A stretch of 64,000 nt of DNA from Centroscyllium fabricii (taxonomy: Eukaryota). Below the pieces are notes generated by a model that was not told the origin of the DNA, did not search any database, and saw nothing but the letters and a program-made list of their open reading frames with translations. Made by a program: the position numbers and the translations under genes. Of this stretch, positions 11,736-24,214 are shown piece after piece. The number at the start of each line of letters is the position of its first letter. Position 1 is the stretch's first letter. The stretch is taken from contig JBNRSN020000002.1 of the NCBI GenBank assembly GCA_051313645.2, forward strand, positions 399,590,001 through 399,654,000, in the 5' to 3' direction.

Positions 11736-13594
11736 TGATTTCTAATAAAACTATTGGACTATAACCTGGTGTTGTCTGACTTCTTACACAGATCAGATAA
11801 GGCTGTGATGCTTGCCACAGTCGAACAGCATGTCATCATTCATTGTCAATACACGCATACTGGGCGAGGTGATGACTGCCAGCTATAAAACTGAGCCCAA
11901 TAAGGAATCGCCGCCTTCAGTGGCGAGGGGAAGCTTACATCTGTTAGCATTTCACTCATTTCCCGGGTAACATCTGTTAGACAAGAATCAGCCCAGGATT
12001 TAAACTTCGCACATTGCACATGCACGGTCGCATTCATTAGGTGGCTTCTGCACTTGTGAGCAAATATAAAGCACCCAACTTAGCAAGTAATTACAGCCAC
12101 ACTTAGCAGCACTAGACATGCAAAAGATTTATGGCCTCTCAGTCTCTCGAGTTAGCCAGTTTGTGTCAGGTTAATTTTTTAGCTGTCATATTAGTCATGT
12201 TGGTGAATATGCCCCACTCGGGTGAGCTAGCCAATGGGATTGTTAACCTTATGAACAGTTGCAGTGATGCATTGGTGTGTCAGAAATAATTTAAAGCTTA
12301 TTTGTCTCATTGGGGGTAGAGCTTGACTTTGTGCGATACTGTAAAACGGGTGACAGCGAGTCTGCACTGACTCCAATGCAAGTAACAATCGGCTATCACC
12401 CGTTTTACAGCATCGCACAAAGTCAGGATCGGCCCCATTCACCTTTACTTGCTTACAGCTCTCATTGCATTTGATTGCTTTCCTATTTTCATTTTTAGTT
12501 CATCTGCCAAAGTTTTCCCTCACAACACAAATGATAAATACAAATATTTGCACTTCATGTGTCACGTATGCTCGGTTTGTTTTCAATTGCTGTAGGCAAG
12601 GCCGTTGAAATGTGTTCGTCACAGATCAACGTGCAAAGCGGTTTCTCCAACATCCTCGGAAAAGTCCTGGAACTCTCCTGTGTAAAAAGTAGAACTTAAA
12701 AAAAGTCAATCAGTGCTCCGAGTTAAAGACTTATATTCGGGGCTGCCTTTGAGTTGTCGGTTGTTTTTTTTTTGAGTGTCTTGTTTATTTGATGTTGCTC
12801 AGTTTTTTTTCCGCTCGATTTCTGCGTGTGCGGGGACGAGAGAAAACTGGCAAGTGAAATGTGCATCAGGTGGTGTAGCAACTGGCCAGACATAGACAGG
12901 AGACGACAGCTACACCACCAGGAGCTGCAGCTGCTGTCGCATTGTGAAGATGTCTGCAATATAAATGCAGCACTTATCGTGCAAAATCTGTTGTTGATTT
13001 TGCCAACGAAATTAGTACCATTGCGAGCCAATGCCCAGGGCAATTTGGATTGTGTTGACTTCCAAAGCTTTTCTTTGTTTTCACACCACCTGCTAATTAG
13101 ACACAATTAGCAGTCTGTCTGGGAAAGTGAGCAGCCGAGCTGCTGACCAGAGAATTAACGATGAACACGAAGACAGCCTTAATCTTTTCAAAGAGTTACT
13201 TTTTTATGATACATAATATATAGTCGAGTTCCCATGGCGTCGCACACAGTAGATTTAAGAGTAAATGCAGGGGCCAAAAACCCTTTTCCGCGCAATTCTG
13301 GCGGGAGTGTGACAGAAGGGCCAGTGAAAGGTCAAGGGGTTGACACGTGCCAGACCTTGCCCAGGAGTTTCCTGTGGCCTTTGGACTGGTTGCTCTGCCC
13401 ACCCCAAACAAGCCACTGATGTGGAGGTTGTCAGGGCAGGGGGCGGGACTTTTAAAGCTTCAAGATTGTAGCAAGAAGCAAAGACTCGGGGAGATGGGGA
13501 GATCCCCAGTTTTGAGGTCCTGGGGAAAAAATGAATTACGGTAGGAGACTGCTCATTGAATCTTCATTTCACAGAGTGAATCTGCAGTGAAAAG

Positions 13595-13728
13595 TGTGGT
13601 GATAGTTACCCTCCGCCCCGGTAGGTGGCGAGGGAGGGTAAATGGAGAGTGAAAGAAAAATCATGAAAGAAGCCTCGTGTTGATGGCTGAAGGAATACAT
13701 CCCGTGTCCGTGTGTTGATCACATTACA
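13595..13728 (+). repeat. 5' LTR
   Basis: TGTGGTGATAG...CACATTACA; about 11 mismatches to the 3' LTR. Confidence 0.95.
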
Positions 13729-16645
13729 TGGTGACAGAAGTGGCAAGAACCCAAAATACCCACGTTAAAGACTGTCCGCGTCAATGGAACTAACTTTCCC
13801 AGTGAAACCAGTCAGCTCCCAGTGAGTGAACGTTTACGATTGCGAGTTAAGCCAGGACGGAGATAAACAAGAGAGACAGAGAGAGAGAAAAAAAGTGTAC
13901 TTATCCCACTTTGCTTACCATCATGGCCACTCAAAGTCCTGCATTCTTTCAGATTTCTCCCCCCCTCCAAATTTGATTTTACACGGCCGGAAGAGTGGCC
14001 GTTGTGGCTCAGCAGATTTGAATGCTTCAGACAGGCTTCAGGCCTTGATAAACAGTCACAGGAAAAACAGGTCAACACGCTATTTTATTCCATGGGAGCG
14101 GAAGCTGAAGCAGGAATATTACGGCTGATCAACTGAACAGCTATGACACAGTTAAAATGGAGTTGTCTAATCATTTCATCCTATGGAGGAATTTGATATT
14201 CAAACGCACAAGATTCCATAGGCGCGTGCAGGAGAGAGGGGAATCGGGTGATAGCTTCATCAAAGCGCTATATGAGCTCATAGAACACTGTGAATATGGA
14301 GCTATGTGGGATGAACTAATTCGTGACAGATTGGTTGTTGGACTAAGGGATCTTAAACTCTCTGGAAAATTACAGATGGATCCAGACCTCACAGTTGACA
14401 AAGCAAAAACAGAGGTTTTCCAAAGTGAAACAATAAAGAAACAGCAATCAATGCTTCAGAAAGATAGTAATGAGGAGGAGGAGTCCATTGAAACCATAAG
14501 TGCCCCCTGACAATCAGGCCGCCAAAAACATTTTTCTAACAAATCGAGACAAATTGACTCACATCAATATGTACAGAGGACTCGCACTGGGACTCAAACT
14601 GGAACACATTTCCGACCACAAAAGCGGAGTTGCAGATGGTGTGGCCAGCATACACACAATAGACAAATCTGTCCAGCCAAAGATGTTAGCTGCAGGAATT
14701 GACAGAAAAAGGAACATTTTGCTGCAGTTTGCCGATCCACACCTGCGGTTGCTGAAATATCAGAGGACGACAACAATGAGATAGCATTCCTGGGGTCAAT
14801 TGGAGATGGGGAGGACCAGCCATGGACCATCCCCCTAAGCCTGTGTGGTCACATGACTGAATTCAAAATCAATACGGAGCTGATGTCACTGTCATTAAGG
14901 AATGCCTCTAAAATGACCTAGGTCAAGAGGCTCTCCAGAGCACCTCTAAGATTCTTCAGGGGCCTGGTCAAGTCCCGTTGAATGTCAGAGGAAAGTTTTC
15001 AGCTACCCTGACCTGTGGTCCACGGTCTACAAAACAGGACGTATATGTGGTACGTGGTCTACGACCAGCGCTCCTCGGTCGCCCCGCCATCATTTTCCTG
15101 TGTCTGGTGTCCAGGTTGGACCCACAAGTAGCAGAGACAGTATCTACAGCCCTTGAACGGGAGGTCAGACAGCAGTTCCCCAGACTGTTTAAAGGCATTG
15201 GGCGACTGCAAGAGGAGTATCACATTCGCCTCAAGCTGGAGGCTAAACCTTTTGCTCTCTCTACACCCCGATGTGTCTCGCTCCCCCTTATGTCCAAAGT
15301 TAAGGAGGAACTCACCCACATGGAGCAACTGGGGATAATTGCAAGAGTTGAGGAACCCACCGCCTGGTGCTCCGGAATGGTTGCAGTCCCAAAACCCAAC
15401 GGAAAAATCAGAATCTGCATAGACCGAACAAAACTCAATGAAAGTGTCTGTAGAGAGCTGCATCTCTTACCCTGCGTAGAGCACACTCTGGGGCAGCTGA
15501 AAGATGCAAAGGTTTTTACAAAGCTTGACGCTCAATCTGGGTTCTGTTAAATACCCTTGTCAGAGGAGTCAAAACGTATAACCACGTTCATCACGCCATT
15601 CGGACGTTACTGTTTCCACAGACTGCCCTTTGGAATATCCTCTGTCCCTGAGCATTTCCAACGTCGCATGTCCCGCCTCCTTGAGGGACTTGAAGGGATC
15701 TTATGCCAAATGGATGATGTGTTGGTGTTTGGCGCAACCCAAGAACAGCACGATCAGCGACCTTTTTCAATTCTCGGTAAACTACAGCAAGCCGGACTTA
15801 CTCTTAACTCCAAATATGAATTCGCCAAAACACAGGTGAAATTTCTTGGCCAGGTCATCGATGGAACTGGTGTCAGAGCAGATCCTGACAAAGTCAAGGC
15901 CCTTGCACACGTGGCTGCACCAAGGATTGTATCTAAATACGCCGCTTCATGGGCCTGGTCAATCACTTGGGCAAATACATACCCCATCTAGCCGATAAAA
16001 CCAAGCCACTCCGGGATCTCCTCAACAGGCAGACCTCATGGGATTGGGGACCCCAGCAGTCCCAAGCTTTCACTGAGATAAAGACAGAGCTAACCACCCC
16101 ACCAGGCCTTGCACTGTATGACCCCAATGCACTCACTAAAGTGTTAGCTGATGCTTCATCGTTTGGTTTGGGTGCAGTCCTTTTACAAAAGAGACCTGAC
16201 ACTGACTGGCGCCCTGTAGCCTATGCTTCACGAGCCCTTTCAAAAACAGAGCAGTGCTATGTGCAGATTGAAAAAGAGGCCCTGGCCATTACATGGGCGT
16301 GTGAGCACTATAGAGACTTCCTAATAGGCATGACATTCCAGGTCGAAACAGATCACAAGCCCCTCCTTACACTATTGGGATCTAAAAACCTGGACGAGTT
16401 GTCCCCCTGCATTCAGCGCTTTGGGATGCGACTCATGCATTTTCACTTCACTATATCACATGTGCGACCCAGGGAAGAGCCTATCAACTGCCGACGTCCT
16501 CTCCAGAGCTCCCTACCAGCTGCCAGTGGATAATTCCCCTGAGGTGCTGTGCATAGAGAATTATGTACACTCAATACTCACTGCACTGCCCATTACCGAG
16601 AAACACCTGGCTGCACTTCGTCAAGAACAGGAAATGGATGAACTA

Positions 16646-17103
16646 CCGGTTCAGCACCATTAATCCGGCACGGGCGGGACCAGGCCCGTGCCAGGAAAGT
16701 GAAAATCCCGAACGATTGAAGCTTCGGCGAGCGCATGCGCGGACCATTCAAAATGGCCACCACGAAAGGCCGGTGGCCATTTTGAGTGGTCTGCGCATGC
16801 GCTTATCGTTTGGGGAGGCCCGGCATGCGATCGGCTCTGAGAGACTCGGAGGCCCAGCCCGTGATCGGCTTGGAGAGACTCCGGGAGACCCGGCCCGAGA
16901 TCGGCTCGGGGAGACTCGGCCCGCGGAGACCATTGTGAATGATCTGCGTATGCGCTCGCCGTTCGGTGACGCATGCACAGATCTTTTGCTGAAGCATCAA
17001 GCGCGGCGACCATTTTGCGCATGCATAGGGCAGTCGGGGCAATTTATGCTGGACGACTGAAGCTGCCGGCTTTCCGGTTAACGGATTACTGGTGCTCAAC
17101 CTG
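16646..17103. mobile_element. TA-flanked TIR element (Tc1/mariner/pogo-type MITE) inserted in pol
   Basis: TA|CCGGTTCAGCACCATTAATCCG ... CGGATTACTGGTGCTCAACCTG|TA. Confidence 0.85.
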
Positions 17104-17698
17104 TACTTTGTCAGGTCTTCACAGACTGCCATGGGGGCTGGTCAGATCATGCGAAGCTTGACAACGCTCTTAGACCTTGCGCAGCCGTTTCAGGTGACCT
17201 CACTATTGCACAAGGATTGCTGCTACAAGGGTGCCAGTTGGTCATTCCAGCATCAATGCAGAAAGACATTCTAGACAAACTGCATGATGGCCATCAAGGG
17301 ATCACAAAATGCAGAGCACGAGCCAGGTGTTCTGTCTGGTGGCCTGGATTAAGCAGTCAACTACAATGTAAAGTACAACAATGCCCAAGCTGCACCCAAA
17401 TGAGACAACAACCACCAGAGCCATTGATTCCAGATGACACCCCTGTGGGCCCATGACAGAAGGTTGGGGCTGATCTATTTCATTTGGATAATTCAACTTA
17501 CTTGGTAATGCTTGACTAACTTGCTAAGTTCATTGAAGTTAGCAAGCTTTCCTCCACCACCTCACATGCAGTCGTTAAATGTATGAAATCCCGCTTTGCC
17601 CGCCTAGGGGTCCCCCTGCTGGTCTGAACAGATAATGGCCCCCAATATTCCTCGAATACCTTTCGCTCATTTGCCGACAGCTGGGACTTCACCCATGT

Positions 17699-17991
17699 TC
17701 CTGGGACTAGGGACAGGGCCACTGGCAAGGCTTGGGAGCTAAGCAGAGCCAGGCCTGGTTAGTACTTAGAGGGGCAACCACCAGGGAATGCCAGGTGCAG
17801 AAGGTCACGAAAGGAGCCCCGGGGAGGGGCGGTTGGCTGAAGATTGTCGGAATGATGGAAAGATGGAATGGCGGCGCGCACAGACGCAGCGGCTTTGCTG
17901 GACTCTTGGGAGCTTGCAAGATCACATTTCGTTGTTCATGTACTTGTACATTGTATAATGACAATAAAGTTGAATTATTATTATTATTATT
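17699..17991 (+). mobile_element. Short retroposed insertion in the integrase
   Basis: Splits FTHV/TSSP; flanked by ATGT on both sides; ends ACAATAAAGTTGAA(TTA)n. Confidence 0.7.
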
Positions 17992-18914
17992 ATGTCACAT
18001 CCAGTCCTCTGTATCCTCAAAGCAATGGGGCTGCCGAGCATGCTGTTCAGACAGCCAAACAGCTTTTAAAAAGGTCACCTGACCCATACCGGGCACTCCT
18101 TGTATACTGCTCCACACCTCTTTCTAGCGGATTCAGCCCTGCCGAGCTGCTACAAGGCAGAAAACTTCATACAACCATGCCAACTATGCCATTACTCCTA
18201 ACCCCAGACTGGCCCGACCTCCAGAATTTTATAGACAAGGACAAACAATCTAAACTAAGACAACAGGCCAACTTCAACAGTCACCACAGAACTAAGCCCT
18301 TGTGTTCACTCCTTCCAGGTGACTATGTGTGGATACGTGACTTCCGCAAAAGAGGCATTGCGCAAGGACAGGCCAACACCCCAAGATCGTATCTGGTTGA
18401 TATCCAGGGCCAGATTGTTCGCAGGAACCGCAGACACCTCGCACTTACACAGCAGCCCCCTGACGCTGATGAGCCTTCCATTCCCGATGACTACAATGGG
18501 GATGCGGGTCCTGGAACTCCTCCACCCACAGGGGATACCCCACCCATAGGGGATACCCCACCTCCATCGGGTTCCAGACGATATCCTGAAAGGGTCCACA
18601 ATCCTCCTTCATACCTCCAGGACTTCGCAACATGAATAGCTTAAGAACCAAGACACCTCATTGGGTCAGAATAATACCCGAGGTACTTGGTGGAGGATTC
18701 AGGCAGTCACCTTGTCCCTCCAAGCTTACTCTGCTTGCATTATTGATGTTTTTCTAAAAAAAGAAAAATAAGAGATACATTGTGCATTAGACATGTTATG
18801 TTTGTTAGAGTTTGTTATTTCTTAAGCACAGTAAAAAAGTAATGATTTGAAAGAAGGCCATTTGAAATGTTAATAGTAAAGGAATAGTATTCAAAGTCTG
18901 TTTAGAATGGGAGA

Positions 18915-19048
18915 TGTGGTGATAGTTACCCTCCGCCCTGGTAGGGGGCGACGGAGGGTAAATGGAGAGAGAAAGGAAACTAAAGAAAGAAGCCTCATGT
19001 TGATGGCTGAAAGAATACCTCCCGTGTCCGTGTGTTGATCACATTACA
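18915..19048 (+). repeat. 3' LTR
   Basis: Direct repeat of 13595-13728, preceded by purine-rich AGAATGGGAGA. Confidence 0.95.
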
Positions 19049-19384
19049 AAAAGGACCAGAAGGCAGGGAGGCGTATTTGTAGTTTAGAAGAAACCGAATT
19101 CAGAGGAGCACTGACCATAGTAGCAATAATAAAATAGACAGAGACTAAGAAAAGTTGCGATGGGGACGGGGTTAGAGAGAGTGAGAGGGAGAAGATGGAA
19201 GTGAGAGAAAATATCGCCTGTCAGACTGCAAGCTTTTCCTTGTAACCTGTGCAAAAAATTGTAAGAGGTTCCGTCGCGGGAGCAATATTCAAGTCTAAGA
19301 CAAAGTTAGACTTTATAGAGAGTAAAGGTTGGATGGTGAGGACATTGATATGGAATAAACTGTGTAGTTTTGACTTTCTGCAGA

Positions 19385-19568
19385 AACCATCGCAACATTT
19401 AAAAAATATTTGGACCAGCACATGAAGGACCATAACATACAGGGATATGGGCCAGGTGCGGGCAAATGGGGTTAGTATAGCGAGGAGTTTCCTGGGCCGG
19501 TGCGGACTGGATGGGCCGAATGGCCCTTATCCGCACTGTAAAATTTCTATGATTCTATGATTCTATGA
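19385..19568 (+). mobile_element. CR1 3' end, young subfamily
   Basis: Near-identical to 39799-39983. Confidence 0.9.
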
Positions 19569-19704
19569 TAATGTTATCGGGATATGATCTGCAAGTTTAG
19601 TTGGAGGCCTGAGCGGGGGAGCAGTGACAGTGTCAGACCAGACTTGCCGGGAGGTGGTTGATGGGCCAAAAGAAGCCAAGGCAGGTAAGTAATTAGGAAG
19701 GATG

Positions 19705-20515
19705 GATCATAGGAACAGGACTAGGCCATTGAGCCGCTCGAGCCTGTTCTGTCTTTCAATTAGATCATGGCTGAACTCTATCTTAACTCCATCTACCCGC
19801 CTTGGTTCTGTAAGCCTTATTACCCTTGCTATTAGAAAAACCTACCAATCTCAGTTTTGAAATTTTCAATTGATCTCCAGCCTCAACAGCTTTTAGGGGG
19901 AGAGAGTTCCAGATTTCCATTACCCTTTGTGTGAAGAAGTGCTTCCTGACATCACCCTTGAATGGCCTAGCACTAATTTTTAAGGTTATGCGAGGAGCCA
20001 GGTCTTGGTCAGGAATTTGCAAGCCACGACGCTGGGCCATGTTGTGAAGTTGACAGCAAACCACTACCATTCTGGAGACCCTGGCTGGGGAGTATTGCAG
20101 GGCTCCACCTGATCTGTCCAAGCATCTGAAACGCATTTTGAGCAAGCCAATGGTGTGCTCTATAATGCTTCTGGTGGAGATGTGTGTGGAGTTGTAGTTC
20201 TTCTCAGCCTCATTGGCTGGCCTCCTGACTGGCGTCAGCAGCCAGCTCCTGAGGGGATAGCCCTTGTCTCCAAGTAGCCATCCCGAAAGCTCATCCGGCG
20301 GAGCAAAGAGTGTAGGCAAGGTTGACTGGCGCAGGACGAAGGAGTCATGGCAGCTGCCAGGGTACCTGGCACACACATGCAGAATCTCCTTCTTGTGGTC
20401 ACACACCAGTTGAACATTGAGCAATTTAACCCTTTTAGCCCCTGTATCATTACGGGTACGGGGGCCCAGTACTCTAGATGGGGTCTAACTAGAGCTTTAT
20501 AAAACTGTAACATGA
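19705..20515 (-). mobile_element. CR1 3' fragment interrupted by Harbinger sequence
   Basis: [12 protein letters not shown] on one side, [29 protein letters not shown] plus tail on the other. Confidence 0.8.
19992..20424 (-). pseudogene. PIF/Harbinger (HARBI1-like) DDE transposase fragment
   Basis: [57 protein letters not shown]. Confidence 0.9.
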
Positions 20516-21179
20516 CTTGGAAGTAGGGGAAGGCCCCTCTGTCAGAATTACTCAATGTGGCCAGAGTAGAGTGGAAAGTCGATGGAAACGGGCTGCCCCA
20601 AATTCCTCATTCCCTATTACACCAAGTCTATTCCCAAAATCTGTTGGAATTTCTAGGGGATGCACTTTTAATTTAGACAGGTTGCTAGCTATTTATTAAT
20701 GGCATCACCCTAATACTTGAAGTTGTTTTTGGTGGCATTTGGCTTGCTATGTATATCCTCACTAAAGTAATTCCCTCTGTGCAGTTCCCCTTGGCATGGA
20801 GGGATCTGCGGTATTCGCTACTGCTGCAGATTCTTCACTTTCTCACCTTTGTCTTCCACTGCAATACTTCCTGGCGAGAGGTTTTATCATCTGGCTTGAT
20901 TTGAGGTTCTCCAGTGTAAGGCTCTGTATTCAGGGATCCATCCTTGCTTGGGGCCTGAGGTTGAAAGTTGCTGCACAGCACGGGGGTGTCAAATCAATAT
21001 CTTCACTAATGTCCAGGCCATATGACTATTTTGGGAAGTGGCACTTTGAGATAAGTTATTAGAATTAACACATCGTTGTTTCATTAACTCCAAGTTAATG
21101 CTGGGTAAAAACTTACTCTTAGTTTGGACACGCTACAAGTTACTTATTAATGAAGTGAGGGTCCTCAGTAGAAGCCTTT

Positions 21180-21720
21180 ATAGAATTATACAGCACAGAA
21201 GGCCATTCGGCCCATTGTGCCTGGTCTTTGATACAGCTATCCAATTAGTCCCACTCCCTCTTTTTTTCCCACATAGCCATGCTTTTAAAGTATATTGTGG
21301 CGTACTGATCACAGAACGGACACAATCCGCTTTCCGGTCCGTAGTCTATAAGTCAGGCATCATGCCTTTCAGAGGCATCACGCCTTTAAGAAACTCTGTC
21401 TGTATATAGTTGGCCCAAGAGCGGGAAAGTCAGTTGAAGCTGTTGTCTCAATAAAACCAGTCATACTGTTGGTGTGCTCCCAGTCTCCATTTTGTGCTCA
21501 GCTTACACAATATATCCAATTCCCTTTTTAATGTTACTATTGAATCTGCTTCCACCACCCTTTCAGGCAGTGCCTTCCAGATCATAACAACTCGCTGCGT
21601 AAAAAAAATTCTTCTCATCTCTTCTCTGGGTCTTTTGCCAATTACCTTAAATCTGTGCCTTCTGGTTACTGCCCCTCCTGCCAGTAGAAACAGTTCCTCC
21701 ATGTTTACTCTTTCAAAACC
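21180..21720 (-). mobile_element. CR1 3' fragments
   Basis: RRHRFKVIG..FFTQRVVMIWKALP (21507-21720) and a tail remnant near 21180-21260. Confidence 0.75.
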
Positions 21721-22605
21721 CTTGGCGCATCGGCAGGCGAAATTGTGGCCCATGCCTCTGTAAAGGTCAGGATCCCTTATGCTATTTTAACAGCCTTTGA
21801 GGAACCCTCCTGGCACCACTGTGGACTTGGGGTGGAGAAGGTTGCACAGCAAGGTGGCATGCAGTAATTATTCAAGTCACTTTATCAATGTCATGGCTGT
21901 GTGTCCTTTTTGCAGCCGGGTCAAAATGATTCATCACATTTAACTGCAATAAAAGAGGTTGCAGTTCGTGTTCCACAATCTGAAGGGGCGGTTCCTCAAT
22001 TTTTTGGGATCATTTTCAACAACTATACTCACATATAATTGGTGCGAAGAGGTTCATGTTTAGCATAAACACCGATATGGATATGTTGGGCTGAATGGCC
22101 TGTTTCTGTGCTGTACATGCTGTGTAATATCTAGTCACCTAATGAGCAAGTTGAAGGACCTCTTGGTTGGACTGCCCCTGGATTTGATGAAGTCAACAAC
22201 ACATGAGTTCAAGGTATGTAGGATCGGCGGGCAGAGTCTCTCCAAGTGCTTGTCATATTTAGAGTTCTTGTACACGCCGCAATAACCATGGAAAGTGACC
22301 AATGTGTTAACCATCAGTTCGCTCGAAATTTTCTAAATCTGTGGGCACAGCAAGGGCTTTATTGTTTAATTGACAGAAACACAGTTGTTATTTGAACGAA
22401 TTGTTTTATTTTGTTTCATACTGTTCACCCCCCCACCACTTTGGGGAGTGCTTGTAGTATTGTACAAAACAGTACTGAAGTGAGGGAACACAGATAAATG
22501 TTCATACTACATCACTGCATCCTTTCTTCGAAACAAATAAACATTTGCACTTACTTTTGAACAAATGGCTCTCTTTTAATTTTTTGATCAGTTTCTAAAC
22601 TTGTA

Positions 22606-24214
22606 CAGGTTGAGCACCGGCAATCCGGCACCCGATGATCTGGTAGCTTCAGTGGACTTGCACGATTGGAAACCGGCGCTCTTCAATTTGCGGAGCAGCC
22701 ACTTGGTGGCGCCACCGTTTCCCGGGAAGGGTGAGCGAGCGCCAAAGGCGTCGGGTGTTTGGATTTCTGTTTCTTTAGGTTTTGTAAGTGTTCTATCCCC
22801 GGGCTCCCTCCCGGGGAAACATAGAAATATAGAAGATAGGAGCAGGAGTAGGCCATTCGGCCACTCGAGCCTGCTCCGCCATTCAATGAGATCATGGCTG
22901 ATCATCCAAACTCAGTACCCTGACCCTGCCTTCTCCCCGTATCCCTTGATCCCTCTAGCCTTAAGAAATACATCCAGCTCCTTCTTGAATATATTCAATG
23001 AACTAGCCTCCACCGCCCTCTGTGGCAGAGAATTCTACAGGTTCACCACTCTCTGGGTGAAGAAATTCCTCCTCATCTCTGTCCTAAATGAGTTACCCCT
23101 TATCCTTAGACTATGACCCCTGGTTCTTGACTCTCCGATCATCGGGAACATTCTTCTTGCATCAAGTTTGTCCAGACCAGTTAGAATTTTATACGTTTCG
23201 ATGAGATCCCCTCTCAATCTTCTAAACTCCAGAGAGTACAAACCCATTCTACCCAGTCTCTCCTCATACGTCATTCCTGCCATCCCAGGTATCAGTCTGG
23301 TGAATCTTCTCTGCACTCCCTCCATGGCAAGAACGTCCTTCCTTAGATAAGTAGACCAAATTTGCACACAGTGCTCAAGGTGTGGTCTCACCAAGACCCT
23401 GTACAACTGCAGCAAGACCTCCCTGTTCCTGTACTCGAACCCTTTCGCTATGAAGGACAACATACCATTTTCCTTCTTAATCGCCTGCTGCACCTGCATG
23501 CTCACCTTCAGTGACTGGTGCACAAGGACACCCAGGTCTTGTTGTACTTCCCCTCCTCCCAATCTATTGCCATTTAGATAATAGTCGGCATTTCTGTTTT
23601 TGCCCCCAAAGTGGATAACCTTGCATTTATCCACAATATACTGCATCTGCCACGTCTCAGCCCACTCGCCCAACCTGTCCAAATCATCCTGGAGCTTCCT
23701 GGTATCCTCCTCGCAGCACACATGCCCTCCCAGCTTTGTGTCATCTGCAAACTTGGAGACATTACATTTCGTTCCCTTTTCTAAATCATTAATGTATATT
23801 GTGAATAGCTGGGGTCCCAGGACCGATCCCTGCGGTACCCCACTAGTCACTGCCTGCCACTCGGAAAAAGACCCATTTACTCTTACTCTCTGCTTTCTGT
23901 CCGCCAACCAATTCTCAATCCAAGTCAATACCTTGCCCCCAATTCCATGTGCCCTAACTTTACATGCTAATCTCTTGTGCGGAACCTTGTCGAACGCCTT
24001 CTGAAAGTCTAAGTACACCACATCTACTGGTTCTTCCTGATCAATTTTCCCAGTTACATCCTCAAAAAATTCCAGGGAGTGTTCTACCCACGCGCTCCGG
24101 GCCCTGGGGAAGTGCTCTACTGCGCGCTCCCCCCGAACCTTCAGTGGTTCGGAATTTTCAGTGGTCCGGCACCGGCCTGGTCCTGAGGGTGCCGGATTAA
24201 CGGTGCTGAACCTG
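22606..24214. mobile_element. TA-flanked TIR element hosting a CR1 insertion
   Basis: TA|CAGGTTGAGCACCGGCAATCCGGCACC ... GGTGCCGGATTAACGGTGCTGAACCTG|TA. Confidence 0.85.
22818..24072 (-). mobile_element. 5'-truncated CR1 (HER1-like) with a nearly intact RT
   Basis: YLDFQKAFDKVPH, GVPQGSVLGP, KFADD; one premature stop at 23035; tail matches the HE1-like SINE tail. Confidence 0.95.

Larger units (their letters stand above)
11157..11788. mobile_element. Non-autonomous palindromic Penelope-type element with hammerheads
   Basis: Long inverted arms (11195-11590 versus 11668-11788, left arm split by a CR1 tail); flanked by the 12-bp direct repeat CAGATCAGATAA (11145-11156, 11789-11800). Confidence 0.75.
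13923..18635 (+). pseudogene. gag-pol with multiple frameshifts, stops and two insertions
   Basis: ORF pieces 14157..14510, 14978..15550, 15557..15991, 15949..16533, 17217..17456, and the C-terminal part of 17868..18635. Confidence 0.9.
13595..19048 (+). mobile_element. Full-length Gypsy (Mag-like) LTR retrotransposon, decayed
   Basis: 134-bp LTRs, TSD AAAAG, PBS TGGTGACAGAAGTGG (tRNA-Leu-like), gag LIRDRLVVG, RT QMDD, RNase H DASSFGLGAVL, integrase HQGITKCRARA..WWPG. Confidence 0.95.

Noticed and set aside
12590-13110. Non-repeat stretch with ORFs of 94 and 127 aa
   Set aside because: No recognisable domain or convincing splice-site pair.
17868-18000. Poly-Tyr N-terminus on the integrase ORF
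   Set aside because: It is the (TTA)n tail of an inserted retroposon.
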